Assembly: GCA_919902985.1 (NCBI GenBank)
Contig: CAKKSC010000022.1
Location: forward strand, 3,436-67,435
Length of the DNA stretch: 64,000 nucleotides
Reading direction: 5' to 3'
Source of the DNA: Desulfuromonadales bacterium
GTDB lineage: Bacteria; Desulfobacterota; JAENJC01
Of this stretch, positions 9,558 to 18,967 are shown piece by piece (position 1 is the first letter of the stretch; every line of letters starts with the position of its first letter). A model generated the notes under the pieces. It ran no database searches. It worked only from the letters and a program-made list of their open reading frames with translations, and had not been told where the DNA came from. Both the position numbers and the translations under genes were made by a program.

Positions 9558-10435
9558 AATGAAGCAACTGAATTTGAGAGGGTGGAAAACTCGGACAGGG
9601 TCAGGGTTTCTCCCCTCCTTGAACCATCTATCCCTGCCCTCTTCAAGGCTGCCTCTACATCATTCTTTAGGAGGCTCAGGCCGGAACTTAGGGCATTCAG
9701 CAGAGTCTTTCTCCTCTGGCCAAAGGCGGCCTTTACCACCTTCAGCATAAGCTCCTCGTTATCTGTCTTTACAGACGGCTCTGCAAGCATTTCAAGCCTT
9801 ACAACGGCAGAATCAACCTTTGGAGGCGGTGTGAATGCGTGAGGTGAAACCTTGAAAAGGAGAGAGGGCACTGTGTAAAGCTGGGCAAAGACGGAGAGGA
9901 TGCCGTAGTCCTTTGTGCATGGTTTTGCTACAAGCCTGTCGGCAACCTCTTTCTGGAACATAAGGGTCATGGACGAGATGTATTCCTTGCCCTCAAGCAG
10001 CCTGAAGAGAACTGGAGTGGATATGTTGTAGGGAAGATTTGCCACAACCTTGATCTTCCTGCCGACCCTTTTATACAACCCGCCTATGTCAAATTTAAGG
10101 GCATCGGCATTTATAATCTCAACATTATTTTCTGAGAACTTCTCTGAAAGGATCGAACAAAGCTCCCGGTCCAGTTCAACGGCCATGACCCTCTCTGCTT
10201 TTTGAGAAAGCAGGGATGTCATATCTCCAAAGCCCGGCCCTATCTCAAGGACAATGTCATCCTTCGAGACTCCGGCCCCGTCAATGATCTTGCGGATTAT
10301 ATTCTGGTCTCTGAGGAAGTGCTGACCAAAACGCTTTTTAGAAACAAAGGATGAGGGATGAGGGATAAGGGATGAATCAAAACTTTTATTTACTTCAGCC
10401 CTCATCCTTCCGCCCTCGGCCTTGTCTTTTTTCAT
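9554..10435 (-). CDS. rsmA: 16S rRNA dimethyltransferase RsmA/KsgA with repeat-derived N-terminal extension (start 10435 or 10405)
   Basis: KKRFGQHFL, LEIGPGFG, ANLPYNI, FGQRRKTL motifs. Confidence 0.95.
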   Translation of the reverse strand: MKKDKAEGGRMRAEVNKSFDSSLIPHPSSFVSKKRFGQHFLRDQNIIRKIIDGAGVSKDDIVLEIGPGFGDMTSLLSQKAERVMAVELDRELCSILSEKFSENNVEIINADALKFDIGGLYKRVGRKIKVVANLPYNISTPVLFRLLEGKEYISSMTLMFQKEVADRLVAKPCTKDYGILSVFAQLYTVPSLLFKVSPHAFTPPPKVDSAVVRLEMLAEPSVKTDNEELMLKVVKAAFGQRRKTLLNALSSGLSLLKNDVEAALKRAGIDGSRRGETLTLSEFSTLSNSVASF

Positions 10436-10452
10436 CCTTCCTCCTTCATCCC
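10347..10452. repeat. Heptamer-repeat hairpin (GGATGAG/CTCATCC) overlapping the rsmA 5' end
   Basis: AAGGATGAGGGATGAGGGATAAGGGATGAA ... TTCAGCCCTCATCCTTCCGCCCTC ... TTCATCCTTCCTCCTTCATCC. Confidence 0.8.
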
Positions 10453-10457
10453 TTTCA

Positions 10458-11978
10458 CTATATCCCTGTTATCTCGTACTGCTCCTGATGGAATGTGTTT
10501 CTGGCCTTTATGATGATCTTCTTTCCAAGCAAGGTCTCAAGCTCTTCAACGCTCTGGCTTTCCTCATCATATAAAATGTCTGCTATCTCCGGGTTCACTG
10601 AGATCATAATCTTGTCGCCGGGAAGTTCAATATTGTCACGCCTTATCGCCCTGAATATCCCGTAACAGACCGTGTTCTTTGACTTTATCCTTCCCCTTCC
10701 ATCGCAGTACGGGCATGGCTCGCAAAGGGCCTGGTTCAGGCTCTCCCTCACCCTCTTCCGGGTCATCTCAATCAGGCCAAATTCCGATATCTTCAATATG
10801 TTCGTCCTGGCCTTGTCCTTCTTCAGGGCCTCCATCAGGGCATTGTATACCTTTTCCCTGTTTGCGGGCTTGTCCATGTCTATGAAGTCTATGATTATTA
10901 TGCCGCCAAGGTTTCTAAGACGGAGCTGATAAGCCACCTCCTTGACCGCCTCCAGATTGGTCTTAAGCACCGTGTCTTCGAGCTTCTTTTTACCGGTATA
11001 CCTGCCTGTATTTACGTCAATGGCGGCCAGGGCCTCGGTCTGGTCAATGATTATGTACCCGCCGGACTTGAGCCAGACCCTTTTTCCCAGGGCCCTGCTT
11101 ATCTCAAGCTCTATCCCGAAGGCATCGAATATAGGCTCATTCCTGTCGAAAAGCTCTACATACCCGGAAAGCTTTGGCATGAAGGTATTCACAAACTCCA
11201 TGGCCTTCGCGTATTCCTTCGGGGAGTCTATGACCAGACGGGATATATCTGTGGAGAACATGTCCCTTATGACCCTCAGGGTAAGGTTCAGCTCCGAGTG
11301 GATTAACGATGGGGCAGGTGCGCTTTCCCTCTTTTTCTGAATGCTGTCCCACAGCTTGACAAGATAATCCATATCAGCCTTCAGGTCGTCTTCGCTCTTC
11401 CCCTCACTTACCGTCCTGACAATAAACCCGGTTCCAGGGGGCTTCATCCTGAGGAGGATCTCCTTCAACCTCTTCCTCTCCTTATCGTCCTCAATCCTCC
11501 TCGATACCCCCACATGGTCCACAGTTGGGGTAAAAACGAGGTGCCTTCCAGCCAGGGAGAGATGGGATGTTATCCTGGCTCCCTTGGCTCCGAGAGGCTC
11601 CTTTGATACCTGGACAAGTATCTCCTGCCCCTCTTTTAAAAGGTCCTCAATCGGAACAGACGAGGCAGATGTGAACCTGGCAGGGCCAAACTCAGATTCA
11701 AACTCTATCCCCTCGTCCCCATCTTTCATGAATACCTCGTATTCGTCCAGCTCTTCCCTTACGTCCGTGACATAGAGAAAGGCGGTCCTTTCAAGCCCGA
11801 TATCCACAAAGGCCGCCTGCATGCCTGGAAGTATCTTTACCACCTTCCCTTTGTAAATGTTACCAAATATGCCGAGGTCGCCGCTCCTCTCCACGAAAAG
11901 CTCGGAAACCACGCCGTTCTCGAGGAGGGCAACCCTTGTCTCATATGATGGCGCGTTTATTATCAGTTCATTTGACAT
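10458..11978 (-). CDS. rng: Ribonuclease G (Rne/Rng family)
   Basis: GNIYKGKV S1 domain, IDVNTG, GGIIIIDFIDM, CPYC zinc link. Confidence 0.95.
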   Translation of the reverse strand: MSNELIINAPSYETRVALLENGVVSELFVERSGDLGIFGNIYKGKVVKILPGMQAAFVDIGLERTAFLYVTDVREELDEYEVFMKDGDEGIEFESEFGPARFTSASSVPIEDLLKEGQEILVQVSKEPLGAKGARITSHLSLAGRHLVFTPTVDHVGVSRRIEDDKERKRLKEILLRMKPPGTGFIVRTVSEGKSEDDLKADMDYLVKLWDSIQKKRESAPAPSLIHSELNLTLRVIRDMFSTDISRLVIDSPKEYAKAMEFVNTFMPKLSGYVELFDRNEPIFDAFGIELEISRALGKRVWLKSGGYIIIDQTEALAAIDVNTGRYTGKKKLEDTVLKTNLEAVKEVAYQLRLRNLGGIIIIDFIDMDKPANREKVYNALMEALKKDKARTNILKISEFGLIEMTRKRVRESLNQALCEPCPYCDGRGRIKSKNTVCYGIFRAIRRDNIELPGDKIMISVNPEIADILYDEESQSVEELETLLGKKIIIKARNTFHQEQYEITGI

Positions 11979-12963
11979 CTATGCTCCTTAGAAACCCTGC
12001 GCTGTCCTCAGGCAGGGCCATATTTATATACATTCCGGTCCCCATCTCAAATCCAGATGTCTGGTAAACCCTTGGCACTATGCTCAGGTACCAGTGGAAG
12101 AATTCAACATTTCCAAAGACGGGCCTCATGGAACGTATTGTATAATTAAAATCAGGATTATCAAGACCGTAATATACCTTTCCCAGCGTGGTCTTTATAA
12201 TCCTGGCCAAATCATTTATCTCTTCGTCTGTTATCCCTGAAAAGGAGGGGTTGTGCCTTCTGGGGAATACCCACATATGAAAAGGAGAGAGGGCTGCATA
12301 GGGGATAAATGAAACGAAGTGCTCTGTCTCCATTATTATCCTTGTTCCTTCCTGCAACTCATCTTTCAGGGTCTTACACATGAGGCAGTCGCCGGTGTCA
12401 TCAAAAAAGCGAATCCCCTCATCCATCCTCATCCTGACCTGGATGGGTGTCACAGGCAACCCTACCAGCTGGGAGTGGGGGTGCTCGATAGACGTTCCCG
12501 CCCTTTCCCCCTGGTTTTTAAATATTATGACATGCTCCACCCTCGGGTCTTTGTAGGCCTCCACAAACCTCTCCCTGTATACCCTGAGGATGTCTTCCAC
12601 CTGGCTTAGGGGAAGGATGGCCGTGGTCATGTTGTGAAATGGAGTCTCGACAATGACCTCATGGATACCCACCCCGCTTAAATTCCTCTTAATGCCGCCA
12701 TTCCCCCGCATTCTTTCTCCTTCAAGGGAGAGGGCCGAAAATTTGTTAGGCATGACCCTGATCTTCCACGCCTTTTCGTCCTTAAGGGAGAATGTCTCAG
12801 GAGGCGTCCTTTTCTCATTCCCCGGGCAGAAGGGGCAAGTCTCGGAATAGAGCGGAAGCGCCGGCCTCTCGGATTTTACCCTGAAGTCCTCTGGCCTCTT
12901 GGCCCTTTCTTTGGCAATTATAACCCACTCACGAGTAATAAGGTTTAGCCGTAGTTCCTGCAT
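11968..12963 (-). CDS. galT: Galactose-1-phosphate uridylyltransferase
   Basis: RAKRP, CPFCPGNE, HPHSQ catalytic motif. Confidence 0.93.
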   Translation of the reverse strand: MQELRLNLITREWVIIAKERAKRPEDFRVKSERPALPLYSETCPFCPGNEKRTPPETFSLKDEKAWKIRVMPNKFSALSLEGERMRGNGGIKRNLSGVGIHEVIVETPFHNMTTAILPLSQVEDILRVYRERFVEAYKDPRVEHVIIFKNQGERAGTSIEHPHSQLVGLPVTPIQVRMRMDEGIRFFDDTGDCLMCKTLKDELQEGTRIIMETEHFVSFIPYAALSPFHMWVFPRRHNPSFSGITDEEINDLARIIKTTLGKVYYGLDNPDFNYTIRSMRPVFGNVEFFHWYLSIVPRVYQTSGFEMGTGMYINMALPEDSAGFLRSIDVK

Positions 12964-12977
12964 TCTAACCTCCTTCC

Positions 12978-13010
12978 TTGTAGGGGCGAGGCGTTGCCTC
13001 GCCCCTACAA
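12978..13010. repeat. REP-like palindrome (GTAGGGGCG family); contains the stop codon of the radical SAM gene
   Basis: TTGTAGGGGCGAGGC-GTT-GCCTCGCCCCTACAA, perfect 15-bp stem. Confidence 0.85.
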
Positions 13011-15566
13011 TAAATGTGTCCTTGTCTTCACGATCCTCAGCAGCCTTGTTTCTTCATCCCCAAGCCCGAAAAGGGCATGCATAAGCTCGCCCGGCTTTAT
13101 GCCTCCTTCCTTCCCGGTCTTTATGGTCATCTCTATTTTATTGTCCACGCTATCAAGCCTTTCAATCAGGGGCCTTATGTCATACTCCTTCCCTGTCCGT
13201 TCTTTTTTAAACAGAAACATCTCTTTTTCCATAAAAGACCGAAGTATTGCCCCATCCTCCAGTGGGCCGGGGACAGTCCCCATTCTACGACTACGCTCCG
13301 CTTCGTCCGTAAATAGGGACAGTCCCCTGTGTATCTCGTAATCCGCCTTTGTAACCGCAGACGTAACGGCAGGGGATGAGATTGGGACATCAATGGCCGT
13401 TTCTATTCTGATCCCTTCAGGAAGTTGCAGGTTAAGTCTGTCCCTTGCCTCGCCAGACGCCAGATATCCCTCTATCTCAATGTCGGCAAACTCCTCCAGA
13501 GATTCCATTCCAAGTGATATTGGAGGAGAGAAGGTGATCTTTGGCGCAGGGTGAAAACCGGCGGAATAACGAACAGGGATACCTGCCCTTCTGACTGCCC
13601 TTGCAAAGAGGCTCGACAGTTCCAGGTGCCCGAGGAACCTGGCGTCTCCCATCTTAGAGTATGTGAGGCGAATCCGGCGGACAGCGAGGGTTTGCGCTGG
13701 TTTAAGAAGCGGTCTCGGACGCCTCCTGACCTCACCTTCTCCAACCCTGTTTTTTATCGTCTGAAAATCGCACAGTCCGCACCCCGTGCAGTCGTCATAT
13801 CGGCAGTCTGGTGTGAATACTTCGTCAAGGCCCTTCTTCGCCTCAAGCTTAAGGTATTTCTTTGAAATGCCTGAATCTATATGGTCCCAGGGCAGGGTTT
13901 CCTCCATCCCCCTTTTCCTGAGGTAAAAGAGAGGGTCTATGCCGCAATCTTCAAATGCCTTCTGCCAGAGGTCAAACCTGAACACCTCCCCCCATCCGTC
14001 AAACCTGCACCCAAGCTCAAAGGCCATGGCTATACTCTTTGACAGCCTCCTGTCACCTCTGGCAAAGACCCCCTCCAGCTCACTCATGGCAGGTTCGTGC
14101 CATTTGAAGGTCACCCTGTTTTTCTTCAGCTCCATCCTGAGGAGGTCGTGCCTCCTCTTTGTCTCCTTAAGGCCTATCTGCTCTTCCCACTGGAAAGGGG
14201 TATGGGGCTTAGGCACGAAGGTTGCGACCGACGCGGTGACGTTTTTCCCTCCGGCCTTTCTGGCAATTTTTAGGGTCTTGCCGGAAAGTTCGGCAATAGC
14301 CATTAAATCTTCATCCGTCTCTGTCGGGAGGCCTATCATGAAATAGAGTTTTATGGTCTCCCATCCCGCCTCAAATACCTGCTGGACTGAGTTCAGGAGG
14401 TCAGCCTCCGTTATCCCCTTGTTTATCACATCCCTGAGCCTCTCACTACCGGCCTCAGGGGCCATGGTGAAACCGGTCTTCCTGACCCGACTTATCTCCG
14501 ATATCAGTTCAGGGCTCATAGTGTCAACACGCATGGAAGGCAGCGAGATGGCAATTTTTTCATCTGAATATCTGTCCATCAGATTGGCAAGCAGATCACT
14601 TATACAGGAATAGTCTCCAGTGGAAAGGGAGAGGAGGGTCAGGTCCTCATATCCGGTGGAACGTAACGCCTTCTCTGCTATCTCCTGAAGCTTTTCCGGA
14701 GTCCTCTCCCTCGTAGGTCTGTATATCATCCCGGCCTGGCAGAACCTGCACCCTCTGGTGCATCCGCGCGTTACCTCCAGTGTCACCCTGTCATGGACTA
14801 TAGCCATGAAAGGGACTATCGGCCTGTCTGGATATGGAACCGTGTTTAGGTCTGCGACTGTCCTCTTTTCGACCTTTGGATAGTCATCATATTGTGGCCT
14901 TATCTCCTTCATCGTCCCATCATTGTTATAAGAGACGTCAAAGAAAGACGGCACATAGATGCCCTTTATGCCTGTCAAGGCTCGAAGGAGGCCCAACTTC
15001 CCACCTTCGCATCCTCTCAACTTCCAACTCCTGTATGCTTCCGCTATCTCAGGGAATGCCTCTTCCCCGTCTCCTATCAGCGCAGCATCCAGAAAATCGG
15101 CTACAGGCTCCGGGTTGAAGACACATGGGCCCCCTGCAATAATCAGAGGGAAGGACTCATCCCTCTCTGATGCCCATATAGGGATACCGGCCAGGTCCAT
15201 CATATTCAGCATGTTGGTATGAGAGAGGTCGTACTGGATTGAAAAACCTATTATGTCGAACTCCAGAAGATGGAGGTTTGATTCCAGGGAAGAAAGTGGA
15301 AGGGACCTTTCTCTTAGAATTTTCTCCATATCGATCCAGGGGGCATATACCCTCTCTGCCGCGACTTCCGGGATTCTGTTCAATATGTGATAGAGGATAT
15401 GGAGTCCCTGATGCGACATCCCAACTTCATATACATCAGGAAATGCCAGGGCGATCTTGACGTCTACCTTATCGAGATCTTTGTGGATTGAGTTGACCTC
15501 TGTCCCAAGGTAGCGGCTCGGCTTGCTGACGAGAGGCAGGAGGTCTTTAAAAGACGGGTTGTCCAT
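13005..15566 (-). CDS. B12-binding radical SAM protein fused to radical-SAM-linked domain (TIGR03960/TIGR03936-like)
   Basis: KPSRYLGTE start, CTRGCRFC motif, C-terminal FLGHLEL...GFHPAPK domain. Confidence 0.9.
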   Translation of the reverse strand: MDNPSFKDLLPLVSKPSRYLGTEVNSIHKDLDKVDVKIALAFPDVYEVGMSHQGLHILYHILNRIPEVAAERVYAPWIDMEKILRERSLPLSSLESNLHLLEFDIIGFSIQYDLSHTNMLNMMDLAGIPIWASERDESFPLIIAGGPCVFNPEPVADFLDAALIGDGEEAFPEIAEAYRSWKLRGCEGGKLGLLRALTGIKGIYVPSFFDVSYNNDGTMKEIRPQYDDYPKVEKRTVADLNTVPYPDRPIVPFMAIVHDRVTLEVTRGCTRGCRFCQAGMIYRPTRERTPEKLQEIAEKALRSTGYEDLTLLSLSTGDYSCISDLLANLMDRYSDEKIAISLPSMRVDTMSPELISEISRVRKTGFTMAPEAGSERLRDVINKGITEADLLNSVQQVFEAGWETIKLYFMIGLPTETDEDLMAIAELSGKTLKIARKAGGKNVTASVATFVPKPHTPFQWEEQIGLKETKRRHDLLRMELKKNRVTFKWHEPAMSELEGVFARGDRRLSKSIAMAFELGCRFDGWGEVFRFDLWQKAFEDCGIDPLFYLRKRGMEETLPWDHIDSGISKKYLKLEAKKGLDEVFTPDCRYDDCTGCGLCDFQTIKNRVGEGEVRRRPRPLLKPAQTLAVRRIRLTYSKMGDARFLGHLELSSLFARAVRRAGIPVRYSAGFHPAPKITFSPPISLGMESLEEFADIEIEGYLASGEARDRLNLQLPEGIRIETAIDVPISSPAVTSAVTKADYEIHRGLSLFTDEAERSRRMGTVPGPLEDGAILRSFMEKEMFLFKKERTGKEYDIRPLIERLDSVDNKIEMTIKTGKEGGIKPGELMHALFGLGDEETRLLRIVKTRTHLL
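13269..13327. repeat. In-frame insertion with two GGGACAGTCCCC palindromes
   Basis: Copies at 13270-13281 and 13316-13327; encodes RGLSLFTDEAERSRRMGTVP on the minus strand. Confidence 0.7.
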
Positions 15567-15618
15567 GCATTATTTGTATCATAAGGAGCCACCTGTGTCT
15601 ATTAAATCATTCCCTCTT

Positions 15619-15897
15619 TTACCTACGCCTCTTCTGCATCTCTTCTTTATGAAACTTCTGATACAGGACATCCCACTCCCTGCTTCCGGCAGGAATATTC
15701 CTGGAATACGAAGATATCTTGTTCCTGACAATCGTATCCACATCGTCCTCTACATTCAGATAGTTGGCGATAGATCTTTTTATCTCATCAACCACCTTGT
15801 GTTCCTCATCCTCGTCATAATCTATCAATTCATCCTTCCACAATCCGTCGGCCACCAGGTGGGAGATATGGCTTATCCTGTCTTCGCTTAGTTTCAT
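15619..15897 (-). CDS. DUF507 family protein
   Basis: MKLSEDRISHISH...GSREWDVLYQK pattern; tandem paralogue pair. Confidence 0.85.
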   Translation of the reverse strand: MKLSEDRISHISHLVADGLWKDELIDYDEDEEHKVVDEIKRSIANYLNVEDDVDTIVRNKISSYSRNIPAGSREWDVLYQKFHKEEMQKRRR

Positions 15898-16175
15898 ATG
15901 GTCAGGTCCCTCTCTTTTACAAGTTTTTCCTTTATCTTGTTGAACATCTTCATATACTCCAGTTTGCCGCCCTTGAAATCGGCTTCGTAGGTCTCAAGAA
16001 ACTTTTTGACCTCTCTGTCCAGTTCCTCCTCTACCATCAAATCTCTGGTAATTATCTCTACAATTCGATGCAGCACCTTGTCTTCCGGGGCATTGACGGT
16101 CACCATATCCATCCCCTTCAGCTTTTTCAGGATAACCCTTGAAACCTCTTCTGTCTGTAGCTTTGTAAGCCTCAT
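15894..16175 (-). CDS. DUF507 family protein
   Basis: EEELDREVK...MFNKIKEKLVKER pattern; ATGA overlap with the next gene. Confidence 0.85.
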   Translation of the reverse strand: MRLTKLQTEEVSRVILKKLKGMDMVTVNAPEDKVLHRIVEIITRDLMVEEELDREVKKFLETYEADFKGGKLEYMKMFNKIKEKLVKERDLTI

Positions 16176-16449
16176 TTACACCTCCGATCTGAATATTAGC
16201 CAATATGAAGATAGGTGTCAACATTATACTCTTTTGACCAAGTTGCTTTCAAACATCTTCTTATCGGATTAACGAAAGCTTACTTGGTATTTATACCCGG
16301 ATGGGTATTATGCCTGAGTATGCAAAATTTTAATTGAATGCGAATTGGTATTAGAGCTGACTTGCCTCAGATACAAAGGGGTAAAATTATCTTTTATCGC
16401 TATTCAATCGGTATTGCTATCAGAGAGGAAAAATGCTAAAAAGATAAAA

Positions 16450-17328
16450 ATGGAAAGGTATACAAAGTCCTTTATCGCCTCTGCGCTCATATATGCCATA
16501 ATAGGTTCTTTTTTAGGTATTTTATATCTCCTGACCTCCGAAGGATTCATATCTATTAACGGGGTATCGATATACCCTCTGATCGTGGCAACCGTTCATG
16601 CATTCCTGCTGGGTTTCTTTACAATGATGATCTTCGGGGTGACGTACCACATAATCCCTATGTTTACGGAAAAGGGGTTCTACAGCCCCGTCCTCGCGTA
16701 TACCCATCTCTTCCTCTCCAATCTGGGGGTCATAGGTATAATCACTTTCCTTTTGTTCTCCACCTATTACCCAACGGAGAGCCATCCCATGGCAAAAGGC
16801 GCTGCTGTTCTTGAGGCGGCCTCCCTCATAGTATTTATCTTCAATATGCTCCTGACCTTCATCAAAGGTATCCCGGGAACCGGCCCTCCCAATCCATTCG
16901 GGACGACAGACAAGGAGACAGACCTTGTGGCCACCCGTTATACCAGCGCCAGCATTATTTATTTCCTGATAGGTTGCGTCCTGGGGGCATGGATGTTCTT
17001 AAGCCCGGGGGATATCTATTTTATTATGCCGGTCCATGCCCATATCAATCTTGTGGGGTTTGTGTCTATGATGATATTCGGGGTTTCATACCACATGTTC
17101 CCGAGGTTCGCAGGTAGGCCTCTTCACAGCATCCCGATCGCAAGGCGCCAGTTTACGGTTCTCAATGTCGGGCTTATTGGGATGGTTCTCCTCTTTGCCT
17201 TTGCAGAGAGGGATGGAGCGATATACAGAGTTATCCTTCCTCTATTTGGGACAGCAACTTCAGTCTCCATCGGTCTTTATGTGTACAATGTCTGGAAGAC
17301 CTTAGGCGCTAATCACCCCTCAACTTAA
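16450..17328 (+). CDS. Internally duplicated His-containing membrane protein (heme-copper oxidase subunit I-like small family)
   Basis: Two ~145-aa repeats: VHAFLLGFFTMMIFGVTYHIIPMF and VHAHINLVGFVSMMIFGVSYHMFPRF. Confidence 0.65.
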   Translation: MERYTKSFIASALIYAIIGSFLGILYLLTSEGFISINGVSIYPLIVATVHAFLLGFFTMMIFGVTYHIIPMFTEKGFYSPVLAYTHLFLSNLGVIGIITFLLFSTYYPTESHPMAKGAAVLEAASLIVFIFNMLLTFIKGIPGTGPPNPFGTTDKETDLVATRYTSASIIYFLIGCVLGAWMFLSPGDIYFIMPVHAHINLVGFVSMMIFGVSYHMFPRFAGRPLHSIPIARRQFTVLNVGLIGMVLLFAFAERDGAIYRVILPLFGTATSVSIGLYVYNVWKTLGANHPST

Positions 17329-17352
17329 TCCTTTCCCCTGAGGGCGAGGAAA
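17311..17352. repeat. Degenerate CACCCTCAC...AGGGAGAGG-family repeat containing the upstream gene's TAA
   Basis: AATCACCCCTCAACTTAATCCTTTCCCCTGAGGGCGAGGAAA resembles 47762-47819. Confidence 0.5.
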
Positions 17353-17364
17353 GAGAGTATAAAA

Positions 17365-18747
17365 ATGGCTAAGATTTATGAATCGGATACCATCGCTGCC
17401 ATAGCCACTCCCATGGGGGAGGGGGGGATAGGTATTGTTCGACTGAGCGGCTCGCTTTGCCCCGAAATTGCCAGGAGGATATTAAAGAGGAAGGCTGACG
17501 GCCCATGGGAATCTCACAGGCTTTACTATGGTCACGTCATTGATCCTGAATCAGGCATGATTGTGGATGAGTCGTTATGCGTCCTGATGAAGGGACCTAA
17601 GAGCTATACAAGGGAGGATGTGCTGGAGATCCATTGCCACGGAGGATCACTGGCAACGGAGCTGGTTCTGGAACTTGTATTGAGGGAAGGGGCAAGGCTG
17701 GCCGAGCCGGGAGAGTTCACAAAAAGGGCATTCCTGAATGGCCGCATCGACCTTACCCAGGCAGAGGCCGTCATAGACCTGATCCGGGCAAAGACATCGG
17801 CAGGACAGGTTGCCGCCTCAGAACAGTTATCCGGACGCCTCTACAGTGAGCTCATGGAGGCAAAGAAGAACCTTTCGTCCGTTCTTACTCATCTTGAGGC
17901 ATACATAGACTTTCCTGAAGAGGACATCGAACTTTCTACCAAAGATGGGTTTATAAAAAACTTAACCGAAGTGGGCACACTGCTAAACAGGCTTGTATCA
18001 TCTTACGAAGAGGGGAGAATATACAGGGACGGTCTGACAACAGTGATTGTAGGCAGGCCTAATGTAGGTAAATCATCCCTTTTAAACCAGCTGCTTAAGG
18101 AAAAGAGAGCGATTGTGACCTCTGTGCCTGGTACTACAAGGGACGTGATTGAAGAGTATATGAATATCAGAGGTGTCCCATTGAGGCTTGCTGATACGGC
18201 GGGGATAAGGGAGACTGAGGACCTGGTGGAGATAGAAGGTGTCAAGCTTGCCAGGGAGACCTTAGGCAGGGCAGACATAGTCCTTTTCGTCCTGGACGGA
18301 AGCCAGCCTATTACAGATGATGACAGGCGTCTTGCCGGGATACTGAAAGAAAAAGCGGTCATCATGGTAATAAATAAGAGCGACCTGCCAAAGAGGGTGA
18401 CCAGAGAAGAGATAGGAGAATTGCTGATTGATAAGCCCGTTATCTATCTCTCGGCGGAAAATGGAGAAGGGATGGAAACCCTCCATGAGGCCATCTTCAA
18501 GGCTGCGGTTCATGGAAAGGAGGCATCAGGGGGGTTGATAATAACCAGGGCAAGGCACAGGGACATATTGCATAAAGGGATTGTAGCTGTGAATGCGTCC
18601 ATTCAGGGGATAATAGGAGATGCCTCCCCTGAGTTCATAAGTATTGATCTAAGGGCAGCCCTGAACTCCATAAGTGATATTGTAGGTGAGACAACTCCCG
18701 ATGATATCCTGGACAGGATATTCAGCGAATTCTGTATCGGTAAGTAG
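17365..18747 (+). CDS. mnmE: tRNA modification GTPase MnmE
   Basis: DTIAAIAT, GRPNVGKSS, DTAG, NKSD, terminal FCIGK. Confidence 0.98.
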   Translation: MAKIYESDTIAAIATPMGEGGIGIVRLSGSLCPEIARRILKRKADGPWESHRLYYGHVIDPESGMIVDESLCVLMKGPKSYTREDVLEIHCHGGSLATELVLELVLREGARLAEPGEFTKRAFLNGRIDLTQAEAVIDLIRAKTSAGQVAASEQLSGRLYSELMEAKKNLSSVLTHLEAYIDFPEEDIELSTKDGFIKNLTEVGTLLNRLVSSYEEGRIYRDGLTTVIVGRPNVGKSSLLNQLLKEKRAIVTSVPGTTRDVIEEYMNIRGVPLRLADTAGIRETEDLVEIEGVKLARETLGRADIVLFVLDGSQPITDDDRRLAGILKEKAVIMVINKSDLPKRVTREEIGELLIDKPVIYLSAENGEGMETLHEAIFKAAVHGKEASGGLIITRARHRDILHKGIVAVNASIQGIIGDASPEFISIDLRAALNSISDIVGETTPDDILDRIFSEFCIGK

Positions 18748-18773
18748 CTACATCTGAGGGCTATCTATGCAAT

Positions 18774-18905
18774 TTATGAGGAATGGGCGACAAGCTTCAT
18801 CTCCTTCCCGCAACAAACCAGTGTCCCACCCCCTGCCTCCAGAACCTCTACCTTATTGCCGCATATCTCACAGTAATAGACCTCGCCTTTTTCCTTTGCT
18901 CCCAT
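18774..18905 (-). CDS. Stand-alone desulforedoxin (43 aa; below the ORF-track cutoff)
   Basis: [43 protein letters not shown]; CxxC...CC Fe(Cys)4 motif; AAGGAG RBS. Confidence 0.88.
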   Translation of the reverse strand: MGAKEKGEVYYCEICGNKVEVLEAGGGTLVCCGKEMKLVAHSS

Positions 18906-18967
18906 CCCCTTCTCTCCTTCTTGCTAAGTTTTAAAATATTACCCTAACAACAAATTACAGCTACCCT

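Noticed and set aside
16345-16449. TTG-initiated extension of the membrane protein and a possible FNR-like site (CTGAC-N4-CTCAG)
   Set aside because: ATG 16450 matches the start of the internal repeat, and the site deviates too far from consensus
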